A DNA stretch of 62,665 bases, the filler included, from an uncultured virus (IMG/VR IMGVR_UViG_2061766007_001450) (Duplodnaviria; Heunggongvirae; Uroviricota; Caudoviricetes). It is 5 parts of one record of this genome, joined end to end, with 100 filler letters (N's around TTAATTAATTAA, not from the genome) between each part and the next. Parts side by side here need not be neighbours in the genome. Positions count along the whole stretch, not along the records: positions 34,612 to 62,665 come from IMGVR_UViG_2061766007_001450; 4 more parts are not named here. One strand, written 5' to 3'. The notes under the pieces are model-generated. The model made no database searches. It was not told the origin of the DNA and saw only the letters and a list, made by a program, of their open reading frames with translations. Position numbers and translations under genes: made by a program. Positions 41,204-51,897 of this stretch are shown here, piece by piece (within the stretch, counting starts at the first letter, position 1; every line of letters begins with the position of its first letter).

Positions 41204-41360
41204 TTTTGATTACTTTTTTAATTTCTTCTTCGGGAATGTCCAAATAAAAGACAAACCCTTTCAATTGTTTGCGGTCGGCGGTTATCTTCCGCTCCCGTAT
41301 CCACCGCCTCACGGTCAAAGGGTGGACGCCGACTTTCTTTGCAAAATCTGAAATATTCAT
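41187..41360 (-). CDS. Small HTH protein (57 aa)
   Basis: MNISDFAKKVGVHPLTVRRWIRERKI. Confidence 0.75.
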   Translation of the reverse strand: MNISDFAKKVGVHPLTVRRWIRERKITADRKQLKGFVFYLDIPEEEIKKVIKNDTRS

Positions 41361-41793
41361 ATTTAATATATATTGTGTTTAACGTTGCAAAGATATATAT
41401 AATGTTGCATCAATTCCAAATTTTTTTGCAACTTTTTTCAAAAAAAATTACATTATGGCGATAATCAAAGACTTACAGACACAAAAAACGGCGATTTGTT
41501 TTGACAGCACAAATCACCGTAAAATAAATATGAATGTATATTTAGAGAAAACGCGGATTAAAAGAAAAGCGCGGCTTTCACCCCGCGCTCTGACGAAATA
41601 CACACACTCAATCAAACATGATTGTATGTAAAACACGATTTAATTTCTAACACGATGCAAAGATATATATAATGTTGCATCTTTGCAACTTTTTTTGCAA
41701 CTTTTTTCACGTGAAACATCATTTTTATATTTTATTTTACTTTTTGTCAACGCAAAGGCGGCATTTTTTGACACTTGTAAAATAAGATATACT

Positions 41794-42618
41794 TTAATTT
41801 CGACGGGTAACGCCGCGACGCTGCCTTTGGTTATGTTTTGCCAAAACTTTGATTGCAATATAGCGCAATGCGTCCATACAGTGGTTGAAGTCGTCAATGG
41901 GTCTGCCCGTCTTGTTTCCGCTTTTGTCAGTCTCCCAAACATAATTGCGATATTCTTTTATAAAATTCGTGCTTTCGCGGGTGATGCTGATGTCCTCGCA
42001 CTCCTGCAAAACGCTAATGCCAAACAATATGCTGTCGTTCCCTTTTTCGCTCGGTATGACTTTGAACCCGTACTCGTTAACCTCGTGTATGGATTTCGGC
42101 TCGGCGCAATCGGCGACAATCAAGGTGTTAGCCGTGCAGCCCTGGTGTTTCAGCTCTGCGGCAATATCTTTGTTGGTCATTCCCGTTTTATAACACATTT
42201 CGTGCAGATATACTCCGCCGTTGTATCTGTAAAGCCCTATTATTGCGGTGGGGTCGTTTATAAATCCAAAGTCCATGCCGACACCAAGCAACACCGCGTC
42301 CGTCGGGATAGCATCAACAAAATGCCAATTTGAGAATACACAGCCTTGTATGCTGCCGACTTCGCCCAGACCGTACACTTTCCACCAGTTCGCCCAATAT
42401 GCGCTTTTAATGTTGCTTTCAATAAACGGGTTGGATATGTCGGGATCGTAAAATGCGCGGGTTTTCGCCTTTTCAATCTCCGCAACTATGATGTCGGGGA
42501 GTGCCTCGTTATCTTTGTAGGTCAGTGTCAATGTCTCGGTGTCGGGGTCGTCTTTTATTTCAGTGTGAACCCAAAACTCGGACGTGGGGTTAAAATCAAG
42601 CCATATTACCTTTTTCGT
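41794..42618 (-). CDS. terL: Terminase large subunit, C-terminal half (divergent variant)
   Basis: LDFNP, GMDFGF-NDPT, DDFNHCMDALRY. Confidence 0.9.
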   Translation of the reverse strand, partial: TKKVIWLDFNPTSEFWVHTEIKDDPDTETLTLTYKDNEALPDIIVAEIEKAKTRAFYDPDISNPFIESNIKSAYWANWWKVYGLGEVGSIQGCVFSNWHFVDAIPTDAVLLGVGMDFGFINDPTAIIGLYRYNGGVYLHEMCYKTGMTNKDIAAELKHQGCTANTLIVADCAEPKSIHEVNEYGFKVIPSEKGNDSILFGISVLQECEDISITRESTNFIKEYRNYVWETDKSGNKTGRPIDDFNHCMDALRYIAIKVLAKHNQRQRRGVTRRN

Positions 42619-42629
42619 NNNNNNNNNNT

Positions 42630-44349
42630 ACAATGACAGTTGACGGCGGAATGTTGTTTGCTTTCAACATCGCCGCAATATCGCGGTTTGTCATTCCTGA
42701 TTGATAGCATAATTGATTGATGATAATGCCGCCGTTGTATCGCCAAAGTTCTATTGCCGTTGTCGGGTCGTTGGTAAATCCAAAGTCGATGCCGATACCA
42801 AGGCGCACAGCGTCAGGCGGGATTTTGTCAATCAGTTTCCAATTACTGAAAATGCAACCTTGCACGCTGCCGACTTCTCCGCGTCCGTACACTTTCCACC
42901 AATTTGCCCAATAAGGCGATTTTATGTTTTTTTCGTTGAATAGGTCGGGCGCGTCGGGATTGAAAAACGCTTTTTCTTTTGCCTTTTCGATTTCCTTGAC
43001 GACAATAGGGCTTAATGCCTCGTTATCTTTGTAGGTCAAAACAAGTGTCTCCACGTCTGCATCGTTGGCAAGTTCAGTATGTACCCAAAACTCGGACGTG
43101 GGGTTAAAATCAAGCCATATTACCTTTTTCGTNNNNNNNNNNATTTTTACACTAATTGCGCCGCAAAACTCCGCGTGAATGTTTCTGCTGATACCTCGCC
43201 AATACGGTCGTTGCTATGTATCGCAGTGCGTCCATCGANNNNNNNNNNNNNNNNNNNNNNNNNNNNNNNNNNNNNNNNNNNNNNNNNNNNNNNNNNNNNN
43301 NNNNNNNNNNNNNNNNNNNNNNNNNNNNNNNNNNNNNNNNNNNNNNNNNNNNNNNNNNNNNNNNNNNNNNNNNNNNNNNNNNNNNNNNNNNNNNNNNNNN
43401 NNNNNNNNNNNAATGACAGTTGACGGCGGTATGTTGTTTGCTTTCAACATCGCCGCAATGTCGCGGTTTGTCATTCCCGACTGGTAACACAATTGATTGA
43501 TGATAATGCCGCCGTTGTATCGCCACANNNNNNNNNNTGGTGAATCCAAAGTCGATGCCGATACCAAGGCGCACCGCGTCAGGCGGGATTTTGTCAATCA
43601 GTTTCCAATTTGAAAAAATGCAACCTTGAACGCTGCCTACTTCGCCACGTCCGTACACTTTCCACCAATTAGCCCAATAAGGCGACTTGATGTTTTTTTC
43701 GTTGAATAGGTCGGGCGCGTCGGGATTGAAAAACGCTTTTTCTTTTGCTTTTTCGATTTCCTTTACGACGATAGGGCTTAATGCCTCGTTGTCTTTGTAT
43801 GTCAAAACAAGTGTTTCCGCATCTGCATCGTTGGCAAGTTCAGTATGTACCCAAAACTCGGACGTGGGATTAAAGTCAAGCCATATTACTTTTTTTGTAC
43901 GGATTGCAAGTTGATAATATGTTTCAAAATCAACGGCGTTACATTCNNNNNNNNNNGGCGGAGAAAAACTCAATGAAACTGCCGTTTGTGAATGTATAGG
44001 TAAAATTTGATTNNNNNNNNNNCGCACTGAAAAACTCAATGAAACTGCCGTTTGTGAATGTATAGGTAAAATTCGACTTATTCCAATGGTCATCAATGTA
44101 GCGTCCGGTCGCTTGCATAATCTTTAAAAAATCCCTCATCGCGCCTTTGCGTAGGTGGGGTATGCTCTCGGATACGATGGATATTTCAAAGCGTTTGCGA
44201 CTTGCAACGTCAATCAAGATTGGAATGATGCCAAAGGTCTTGCCCGCCGAAGTTCCGCCCGGCACGATGCGAACCCTCGCCGACATTTGCCGCAATTTCT
44301 CTATCGCGGTCGTATATACAAAGCCGTCAACACTCTTTACTTTCGTCAT
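42630..44349 (-). CDS. terL: Terminase large subunit, redundant gapped pieces including the N-terminus
   Basis: Walker A GGTSAGKT, NGSFIEF, stop at 43152; extra fragment 42630-43132. Confidence 0.85.
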
Positions 44350-44677
44350 AATCACCAAATAGCGGTTGCTCTACTTGCACCGATACGGCATTTTCCACGC
44401 GCTCAACATATCCACGATGCTTGCCTTTTGTTTTGAGAAAAAAGATTATCGCCGCCGTGTCGCCTGATTGTATTTTTAGATTGAGGGCGTTTTCAACAAA
44501 GTCAATGCGTACTTCCGATGTATCGTCAACGGCTTTTTTAAAACGTGCATCGCCATTGTACCAACGGTAAAAGGTTTTGCGCTCTATGCCAATTGCCCTG
44601 CAAGTTTCCGTAACATTGCAAAGGCGTTTGGCATAGACCGTCAAAAATTGCTCCTTTTTCTGCGCCGTGTTCCTCAT
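44327..44677 (-). CDS. Terminase small subunit-like HTH protein
   Basis: Near-identical to 11186-11536. Confidence 0.75.
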   Translation of the reverse strand: MRNTAQKKEQFLTVYAKRLCNVTETCRAIGIERKTFYRWYNGDARFKKAVDDTSEVRIDFVENALNLKIQSGDTAAIIFFLKTKGKHRGYVERVENAVSVQVEQPLFGDYDESKEC

Positions 44678-44705
44678 CGCTTTTTTATTGTTGTGTCTTT
44701 TGTGT

Positions 44706-44721
44706 CGTTACACGTGAAACA
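44706..44721. promoter_or_regulatory. parS-like site abutting the methyltransferase stop
   Basis: CGTTACACGTGAAACA. Confidence 0.7.
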
Positions 44722-45768
44722 TTAAATTTTGCTTAGCCACTGCAAATAAATTTGGTGGGCAATTTGCGCCGTCATAATTGGCGGCACTGACATTCCAACA
44801 TACCACATTATTTTGCCGTCGCATTGATAATCTTGCGGAAAACTACCGGCACACATTATTTCGTAGTCTGTCATTTTCCTCGGATATTCATATACAACGT
44901 GTTCGCGCGATGCTATTATTGTGTAACATACCTTATTGCCTTGTTGAATTGCGCAATTAAAACTACTGTGCCGTCGTTCCTCTCTCCAAATGATATCGCC
45001 AAGACTGCTATCGCCACGTTGGCGCAATTTCCAAAATTTATACTCAAAATCCGTCAATTCTACTTTATCGCCTGTATCTTGTTGAAAATCTTTAAATAAT
45101 ATTGGCGGCTCGTTGAAGTTAAGATTTAATTTTGGTAAATCAAAATCTTTCCTCAATCCAATTATAAAAACACGTTCCCTTTTTTGAGGAACGCCCATTG
45201 TGGCGGCATTGAGTAAAAACCCTTGTGGACGATAACCTATTTTTTCAAGTTTTTGCACAATCTTTTTGTAATAAACTTTGCCATTACCTTTAACAAGCCC
45301 ACTTACATTTTCTAATAAACAGACTTTCGGCATAAGTTTTTTTATTGTATCGCAATACACAAAAACAAGGTCATCTAATGTTTGTACTTGTTGCCCTTCT
45401 TTAAATTGTTTTCTTTTCCCCCAAGCATCTTCACGGCTTCCTGCTGTGGAAAACGTGGAGCAAGGCGGCGAACCATCAAGCAAATCAAGGTCGTATAAGT
45501 CTGATGGCAAATCTTGTCTTTCGTTGAATTGCCTTATATCTTCCACATAAAGCAATTGAGGGTGGAGATTTCGTTTGTAATTTGCCGCTACTTTCGGGTC
45601 TATCTCTACCCCCCCCAAATGATTAAATCCCGCTAATTTATATCCCATTGACGAACCGCCGCCGCAAATGAATGTGCCGAATGATTTACAACCGTGGTAT
45701 TCTATGCCGGGCGCGGGATAACCATCCGTTAATCTCCATTTGTAAGGGAATTTATGCGTTTGCGTCAT
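44722..45768 (-). CDS. DNA cytosine-C5 methyltransferase
   Basis: GSPPC, ENV, QKRER; motif X GMSV. Confidence 0.9.
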   Translation of the reverse strand: MTQTHKFPYKWRLTDGYPAPGIEYHGCKSFGTFICGGGSSMGYKLAGFNHLGGVEIDPKVAANYKRNLHPQLLYVEDIRQFNERQDLPSDLYDLDLLDGSPPCSTFSTAGSREDAWGKRKQFKEGQQVQTLDDLVFVYCDTIKKLMPKVCLLENVSGLVKGNGKVYYKKIVQKLEKIGYRPQGFLLNAATMGVPQKRERVFIIGLRKDFDLPKLNLNFNEPPILFKDFQQDTGDKVELTDFEYKFWKLRQRGDSSLGDIIWREERRHSSFNCAIQQGNKVCYTIIASREHVVYEYPRKMTDYEIMCAGSFPQDYQCDGKIMWYVGMSVPPIMTAQIAHQIYLQWLSKI

Positions 45769-46337
45769 AATCCAATATCTTTAACAATGCCATTTCTTTG
45801 TTGGCGTTTACTTTCTGCAATTTTGCATTAATAAATTGCCATTCCTCTATTGAGAATTGAAATTTTATCTCTACTTTGTCGCCGATTTCTGCATCTTCAA
45901 TTTCTTTATTAGAGTTGTTTATTTCCTCGCCGTCCAACTCTGCGCCCCAATCGGTCGGCAACTCCACGCCCCAATCTTCCATNNNNNNNNNNCACTACGT
46001 CCCAATCGTACTCGCCAAAATTTTCATTGTCTTTGATGGCGTATTGGCGCAACTTTTCAACCGGTGTTTCTGCATCAAGCACCTTGCACGGCAATTCTTT
46101 GTAGCCGATTTCTTTGCAGGCTCTGTAACGCATATTGCCGCCGATAATCACGAACTTGCCGCCGTCTATTGGATAGACAAGCAGCTCGCGCAATTTCAGC
46201 ATCTCGGGCGCGTCGGTGATGCTCTTTTTCAAAAGCTCATACCGACCGTCCTTGATTTGTCGGGGGTTTTTGGGCAAACCGTCAACTTGCCCGTTGTTGG
46301 TCTGCAACAGCTTTATGTCAATTTCTTTCGTCTCCAT
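45752..46337 (-). CDS. ParB-N domain protein (one gap)
   Basis: NPRQI, IIGGNMRYRA, DNENFG; parS-like site at 46353. Confidence 0.85.
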
Positions 46338-46609
46338 CTTTGATTAAAAAATTGTTTCACGCGGAACACTTGCAAACATAACCAAAACTCCGCCTTTGTC
46401 TTGACGAAGGCTTGCATCTGTCGGTCGTCCTCGCCGTATATGGACACACACCAATCCTCCGTATCTCTCCATTTCTGCACAAACAAAGTGCCGACGGGCA
46501 AACGCTTTTTGAATGACTTTTCGCCTTTGATTACTAAATCAAAATCATCTAAATAGTTTGCCAAAAAAGCAGCCGTTATTTTTTCGCTATCCTGCAACGT
46601 TTTTTCCAT
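46313..46609 (-). CDS. Hypothetical protein (98 aa)
   Basis: Co-oriented ORF overlapping both neighbours. Confidence 0.6.
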   Translation of the reverse strand: MEKTLQDSEKITAAFLANYLDDFDLVIKGEKSFKKRLPVGTLFVQKWRDTEDWCVSIYGEDDRQMQAFVKTKAEFWLCLQVFRVKQFFNQRWRRKKLT

Positions 46610-47258
46610 TTTTTGCCATATTAGTGAATTTCAGCACAAAATCCTGCGCCATCTTGTTGGCTATGACAAGGACGCTGTTGTGCACGTCCATATCAGCCAT
46701 ATAATTGAGGTCTTGCGGCAATATCTGCAATGCCTCGACCGCGTTTTCAAAGTTGCGCTTTTCCTGGCTCGGCTTTATGCGGTCCAACGTCTTGTAAATG
46801 TCGTATCCCTCTTTGAGATATTGCCACGGATTTTCAACGAGAGACAGCACCTCGACGGCGTGATGCAACATAGTTCCTACAACCAGCAACATTGCAATCA
46901 GTTTTTCATATACGCAATCATCGTAAGACACGTATTTTGCAATGCAGCGTTTCAGCATCTCAACGTCGGGGGACAGACCCTCCGCCACCTCGTTTAATAA
47001 CCTTTTTACGGTCTTTGCATCCGCATCGGTGGCTGGTGTGCGCCGTGTGACGGTGTACAAGTTCATTTGCCGGGACTCCAATCCGTTGACGGTCAGCCAT
47101 AGACCGTGGCGGAAGTGGTGGTTTTTTGTCAGTCTCGGATCGTCCATCTTTTTCAATTCCTCTTTGATTTGCGCCAATTCGTTGAGGGCGATTTTTTGCG
47201 CCATCAATGACTGCGTCGCGCATATCTCAAACGGGAACGATAATTTTTTGTTTTGCAT
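46587..47258 (-). CDS. Hypothetical protein (223 aa)
   Basis: Homolog of 7799-8684. Confidence 0.75.
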   Translation of the reverse strand: MQNKKLSFPFEICATQSLMAQKIALNELAQIKEELKKMDDPRLTKNHHFRHGLWLTVNGLESRQMNLYTVTRRTPATDADAKTVKRLLNEVAEGLSPDVEMLKRCIAKYVSYDDCVYEKLIAMLLVVGTMLHHAVEVLSLVENPWQYLKEGYDIYKTLDRIKPSQEKRNFENAVEALQILPQDLNYMADMDVHNSVLVIANKMAQDFVLKFTNMAKNGKNVAG

Positions 47259-47264
47259 CGTGTT

Positions 47265-47819
47265 TTATGTTGTTAGTGTGTGTTTGAGGGTGTCTGGCAA
47301 CGGGAAAGCCAACTTGTCGTAATTGGTTGCCATCATTGCCAGCCACGCTTTAAAATCCAACTTTACAGCCGTGGGGTAGGTGATTATGTCGCCCTTGTCA
47401 AAAACGGCATTCCATAACCCCATCTGCCCTTTTGTCGGCATTTCGACTACGGGGCGCGGGTTGCGGAAAAACCACCCGTAACCCTTTTTTATCATACCCC
47501 AATTTTCACGTGAAACGCGGGTTTTGTACCACACGTCCTCGGTAAAATCCGCAACGGGTCTAACGTCGTAAAGCTCGACAAAACCCACCGTCACGCCGTT
47601 ACGCTCCGAACGTCCAACCCCCTTATTGCTGGAACATATCAGAATGTCACCACGGTATTTTATACGGTGGCTGCGTATTTCCACGGATTTCTCCGCAAAG
47701 GTGATGCCGTCGTCGGAAAATGCCGCTGTAATAAGGCAATCCGCAAACGGCTGTTTTACGGTTAATGCGCGGAACTTGTCGTGGCGGTCGGGGTCATATA
47801 ATTTTGCGTTAATCTGCAT
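47265..47819 (-). CDS. ASCH-domain protein
   Basis: ALTVKQPFA, EKSVEIRS, YRGDILI, KGQMGLW. Confidence 0.8.
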   Translation of the reverse strand: MQINAKLYDPDRHDKFRALTVKQPFADCLITAAFSDDGITFAEKSVEIRSHRIKYRGDILICSSNKGVGRSERNGVTVGFVELYDVRPVADFTEDVWYKTRVSRENWGMIKKGYGWFFRNPRPVVEMPTKGQMGLWNAVFDKGDIITYPTAVKLDFKAWLAMMATNYDKLAFPLPDTLKHTLTT

Positions 47820-47835
47820 TTTGTTTCACGTGAAA

Positions 47836-48279
47836 TTAAAACGGGAGGTCGTCGTTTGAACTTGACGGGACGGCGGTGTCTTGCGATACGGGCGCGGTGG
47901 CTGTCGGGTTGGTTGGTTGGTCTATCGGCGCGAATTGTCCGCCGCCCTGGGGTTTGCCGCCCAAAAGCTCGATTTTGTCAACGATAACCTCCGTAATGTT
48001 GCGGAGTGTGCCGTCTTGTGCGGTGTACTGCCTTGTTTTCGTCTCACCAGCCACAAAAAGCCTTTCGCCCTTGTGGACGTAGCCCTCGACAACCTTGGCT
48101 TGTGCGTTTCTGGCAACGACGTTAAACCATTCCGTATGGTCGGGAACTTGCCGACCGTCCTTGGTGGTGTAGCCCTTTTTGGTTACGCCGATAGTGAATT
48201 GCGCGACCTTGCCGCCGTCGTTGAAGTCTGTGATACGCGGGTCGCCGCCCACATATCCAATTATCAATTGTGTGTTCAT
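47836..48279 (-). CDS. ssb: Single-stranded DNA-binding protein
   Basis: OB-fold motifs and NDDLPF tail. Confidence 0.95.
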   Translation of the reverse strand: MNTQLIIGYVGGDPRITDFNDGGKVAQFTIGVTKKGYTTKDGRQVPDHTEWFNVVARNAQAKVVEGYVHKGERLFVAGETKTRQYTAQDGTLRNITEVIVDKIELLGGKPQGGGQFAPIDQPTNPTATAPVSQDTAVPSSSNDDLPF

Positions 48280-48439
48280 AACGTGTGTGTATTAGTGTAT
48301 AAATGATTTTACAATGTTGTAAATGCTGTACACGTAGGAGGCAAGTGTAAGGACGATAAACGCCCACACACAAAATTTTATCCACCTCACTTGTTTCTGT
48401 TTCTTTTCGTCTTCCTTTTGTTTCTTTTCGTCTTCCATA

Positions 48440-48804
48440 TCAAAACTCGTTAAAAACTTGCAGACGGTCGGGACAGCCGAACATCTGCAAAATTTGGTTT
48501 ATCTCGCCGACCGTGATTGTCGGCTTTCTTAGCTCTACACGGTTGTCGCGGAAATTGCCGAAAAATTCAACTTTGTTTGTCACCCTCGAATGGTTATTAA
48601 ATTTGACGTTAAACGCGCCCTTTGCAAACTGCGACATAAGCTCATTGTTACAGTAAGCCTCCCACCCGTTGCGCACCATCAAAAAAGGCGTTATTGCCGT
48701 GTCGTTGTGCGCGGTGATTTCGTCGGCGAGGCTCTGTCTCGCTGCATCTGCATTGTTTTTGGCTCGGACGATGCCGCCCAGCCTTGACAACTCACGGCGC
48801 AACA
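48440..48804 (-). CDS. Hypothetical protein, 5' partial
   Basis: Open frame out of a gap; C-terminus resembles TV--L--L----G motif of neighbours. Confidence 0.5.
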
Positions 48805-49358
48805 NNNNNNNNNNNNNNNNNNNNNNNNNNNNNNNNNNNNNNNNNNNNNNNNNNNNNNNNNNNNNNNNNNNNNNNNNNNNNNNNNNNNNNNNNNNNNNNN
48901 NNNNNNNNNNNNNNNNNNNNNNNNNNNNNNNNNNNNNNNNNNNNNNNNNNNNNNNNNNNNNNNNNNNNNNNNNNNNNNNNNNNNNNNNNNNNNNNNNNNN
49001 NNNNNNNNNNNNNNNNNNNNNNNNNNNNNNNNNNNNNNNNNNNNNNNNNNNNNNNNNNNNNNNNNNNNNNNNNNNNNNNNNNNNNNNNNNNNNNNNNNNN
49101 NNNNNNNNNNNNNNNNNNNNNNNNNNNNNNNNNNNNNNNNNNNNNNNNNNNNNNNNNNNNNNNNNNNNNNNNNNNNNNNNNNNNNNNNNNNNNNNNNNNN
49201 NNNNNNNNNNNNNNNNNNNNNNNNNNNNNNNNNNNNNNNNNNNNNNNNNNNNNNNNTTAACCGTGCATAATCCTTGCTTGTCTTGTATGCCTCGGATTTC
49301 AGACCGTCGGCATTATAAACGGGTTTTTTCTGCATAGTGTTTAGTTTTACGTAAAACA

Positions 49359-49769
49359 TTAGATTTTGAATTGCGGCAAGCCTACGATTTCAAAAAGTGT
49401 GTTTAATTGCGCCACCGTGGCAATGTCAACTCGCACTTGAAAAATGCCGTCAGACCTCAAATCAATTTTGTTTATGCGCTTGCGAAAATCAATATTGACA
49501 TAAATTTCGTCAATCTCTTTTTCCATATTCACGACCGCCTCGTTTTCGTGCCGATTCTTCCAACCCGCCGCCGTCAATATTTCGGGCGTTACCTTTGCGG
49601 AATAACGCACGAAACGCTTTGGTACAATCGGCATTTTGTCGGTGAGTTTGCAGTCGTAAAAATATGTTACGATGCAACCGTCCTCGTCGGCGGTGTNNNN
49701 NNNNNNNNNNNNNNNNNNNNNNNNNNNNNNNNNNNNNNNNNNNNNNNNNNNNNNNNCTCCGCGTTTCAT
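49359..49769 (-). CDS. Hypothetical protein (gapped)
   Basis: ATGA overlap with the YopX gene. Confidence 0.55.
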   Translation of the reverse strand: MKRGXXXXXXXXXXXXXXXXXXXXXTADEDGCIVTYFYDCKLTDKMPIVPKRFVRYSAKVTPEILTAAGWKNRHENEAVVNMEKEIDEIYVNIDFRKRINKIDLRSDGIFQVRVDIATVAQLNTLFEIVGLPQFKI

Positions 49770-50188
49770 TTTCTTTTGTGTATTTCGCCGAGGTCGGGGT
49801 TTTCATAGATATTGCCCACGACCTCGGCATCTAAATTTGTTGTTTTATTCTTAAATTCTCTCAAAAGGCGGCTTAACTCCATCGTGAAACCGTATGTGTG
49901 CCGAGCATCAAAACGGAAGTATTTGTCATTGTAAAAGACGACATAAACGCCTTTTGCATCTGTTTGTTTTAGCGCGTCGCCCTCGTAAACGTTGCGCCCG
50001 TTCTTGTCCTTTGCGACCCACTCTCCCACCGTTGCGGGGTCAACGTCCATCAATCCGACGTCGGTGTGTATAATGTGCCGTTCGGGGAACATTGCGTCCC
50101 CTGCAACGTGGGTGTAATATCCGTACACCCAGAAGGGCGGGTTGCCGTTGTGCGGGTCGTATAGTCCCCGTGTTAACTTGTTTTTCAT
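49766..50188 (-). CDS. YopX-family protein
   Basis: Homolog of 24817-25254. Confidence 0.85.
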   Translation of the reverse strand: MKNKLTRGLYDPHNGNPPFWVYGYYTHVAGDAMFPERHIIHTDVGLMDVDPATVGEWVAKDKNGRNVYEGDALKQTDAKGVYVVFYNDKYFRFDARHTYGFTMELSRLLREFKNKTTNLDAEVVGNIYENPDLGEIHKRK

Positions 50189-50323
50189 ATTGTTTCACGT
50201 GAAATTAAACGTCGAGAAATTCTCGGCGGCTCTCCACCATATCCGACATTCCGATAAAGTGCATAAAACACTCCTTGCGTAGATTTCCAAACATTTTTTT
50301 TTGATGTTTTACGTGAAACATTG

Positions 50324-51142
50324 TTACATTGGCAAGTCTGCGTCCTCGTCGAAATAGTCGGCGGGGCTGCATTGCGCCCTTCCGTTAATCTGCCACACCG
50401 CGACCAAAAGCGGGTTACTTGTAAGCATCGCCAGGGCTTGCACATCTTTTGTGGTGCAATGCGAATTAAAGAACGGTTGCGCGGGATCAACGAATGTATG
50501 ATGGGGACTAATGCGGGGGTCTGAAATGAATATCTCGCGGACTTCGTTGTAGTCTGCATTGAAACGGGTTGCCATATCCGCGAATTGTGCGCAAAACACC
50601 TCCTTAAAAGCGATGGCGCAATTTTCCATATATTTCGCCAATTCCGCATTGATGCTGGTTGTTTTGATAAAGCGGTGCGAGCCGTTGTGGCAATGCTGCA
50701 ATATAGTTTGCACCGCTTTTGTCCACATCTTGTCGCCGCCCAATACGGTGAAGTCAAAGTTGAACAAATCGCGACGGCTGTGGATTGTGCAGCCGTACCA
50801 AACGGGGCTGCATACAATCGGCATGAATGGGAACTTTGCCCTTAGTTTGTCAGTAGTGCCAGGCAACACCGTTGTACATATCACAAAAACGCCGTCATAC
50901 GCCCGCCTTTCCAAATTCATTTGTATTGCGGTCTCCACGTTGGAGGTGTCGCAAGGGTTTTCGCCGTTTATTTCGGCGGGGACGCAAATAAAAATTGCGT
51001 CGTATTCGCTGTATTGGGGTGTCCCTTTGATGTAGCCTTCGTATTTGATGTCGGCAACGTCTGGGCTTATGGGTTCCAACTCTGTTGCAAGTTGCTGTCC
51101 GATTTCGCCGTGTCCGACAATTAGTGTCCTTTGTTTACTCAT
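50324..51142 (-). CDS. UDP-glucose/GDP-mannose dehydrogenase-like protein, short form (272 aa)
   Basis: LIVGHGEIG, AELAKYMEN, DPRI, SHCTTKD. Confidence 0.8.
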   Translation of the reverse strand: MSKQRTLIVGHGEIGQQLATELEPISPDVADIKYEGYIKGTPQYSEYDAIFICVPAEINGENPCDTSNVETAIQMNLERRAYDGVFVICTTVLPGTTDKLRAKFPFMPIVCSPVWYGCTIHSRRDLFNFDFTVLGGDKMWTKAVQTILQHCHNGSHRFIKTTSINAELAKYMENCAIAFKEVFCAQFADMATRFNADYNEVREIFISDPRISPHHTFVDPAQPFFNSHCTTKDVQALAMLTSNPLLVAVWQINGRAQCSPADYFDEDADLPM

Positions 51143-51851
51143 TTCCGTATATCTTTTGATAATGTTTCTTAAATCCTTCGTGCGTCTCCATTGTTTTCTG
51201 CCTCATCCATTGAGGCATCCACGTCCCACTGAATTGATGCACCGCGAATGTTTGCGCGTTTGCGTACATTTCGCCGGTCTCGGGATTGTAACCGCAAAAA
51301 TACTCTTTGGGGAAAATAGTCATATCTCCGACTATTTGGAAACGGTCGGCGCGGTAGATGTCGAAACCCATACCTTCCAACAACTCCGTTTCCCTTATTG
51401 TACAATTTACAAAGATTGGCTCGCCCTTTGCGGTGCAAAATCTCGAACCTTCGTACATCTCAACCATTTTGTTGACGACAAGCCCGTCGGGGACGCTGCC
51501 GAGAATAAGACCCGACGCGAACATTCCGCCGTTGGAGACACCGCCAAATGCCGAATTGTGCAAAAGCGACGTTAAATCCTTGATGATACGGACGTCGCTG
51601 TCAACATAAATGCCGCCGTATTGCTGCAACACCCACCACCGCGCATAATCGGAAACAAAGGCATAATTGCCAGTGTCGTATGCGTCGGAGGCAAACTTGC
51701 ATCTCCTCACATCAAAATTGTTTTCATTCCAAAATTGGATAATGAAGTCGGGCAAGATTTCGCGCCACGTCTTGACGCAATCTTTGTTTACTTGCGGCAT
51801 CCGTTTGTTACCAAACCAACACCAATGTAATATTTTGGGGATTTTCTGCAT
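51135..51851 (-). CDS. DxD glycosyltransferase (GT32/Och1-like)
   Basis: IPKILHWCWFG, WNE-NFD, AFVSDYAR, GGIYVDSDV, H-FSGTW. Confidence 0.92.
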   Translation of the reverse strand: MQKIPKILHWCWFGNKRMPQVNKDCVKTWREILPDFIIQFWNENNFDVRRCKFASDAYDTGNYAFVSDYARWWVLQQYGGIYVDSDVRIIKDLTSLLHNSAFGGVSNGGMFASGLILGSVPDGLVVNKMVEMYEGSRFCTAKGEPIFVNCTIRETELLEGMGFDIYRADRFQIVGDMTIFPKEYFCGYNPETGEMYANAQTFAVHQFSGTWMPQWMRQKTMETHEGFKKHYQKIYGNE

Positions 51852-51897
51852 GGTTGATTTTTTTTTAAAACAACGGGCGAGACTTGCGCCGCGCCCG

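Noticed and set aside
41794..44349. Apparent tandem terL copies and other tandem part-genes
   Set aside because: Each repeat is bounded by N-gaps with overlapping sequence; assembly redundancy
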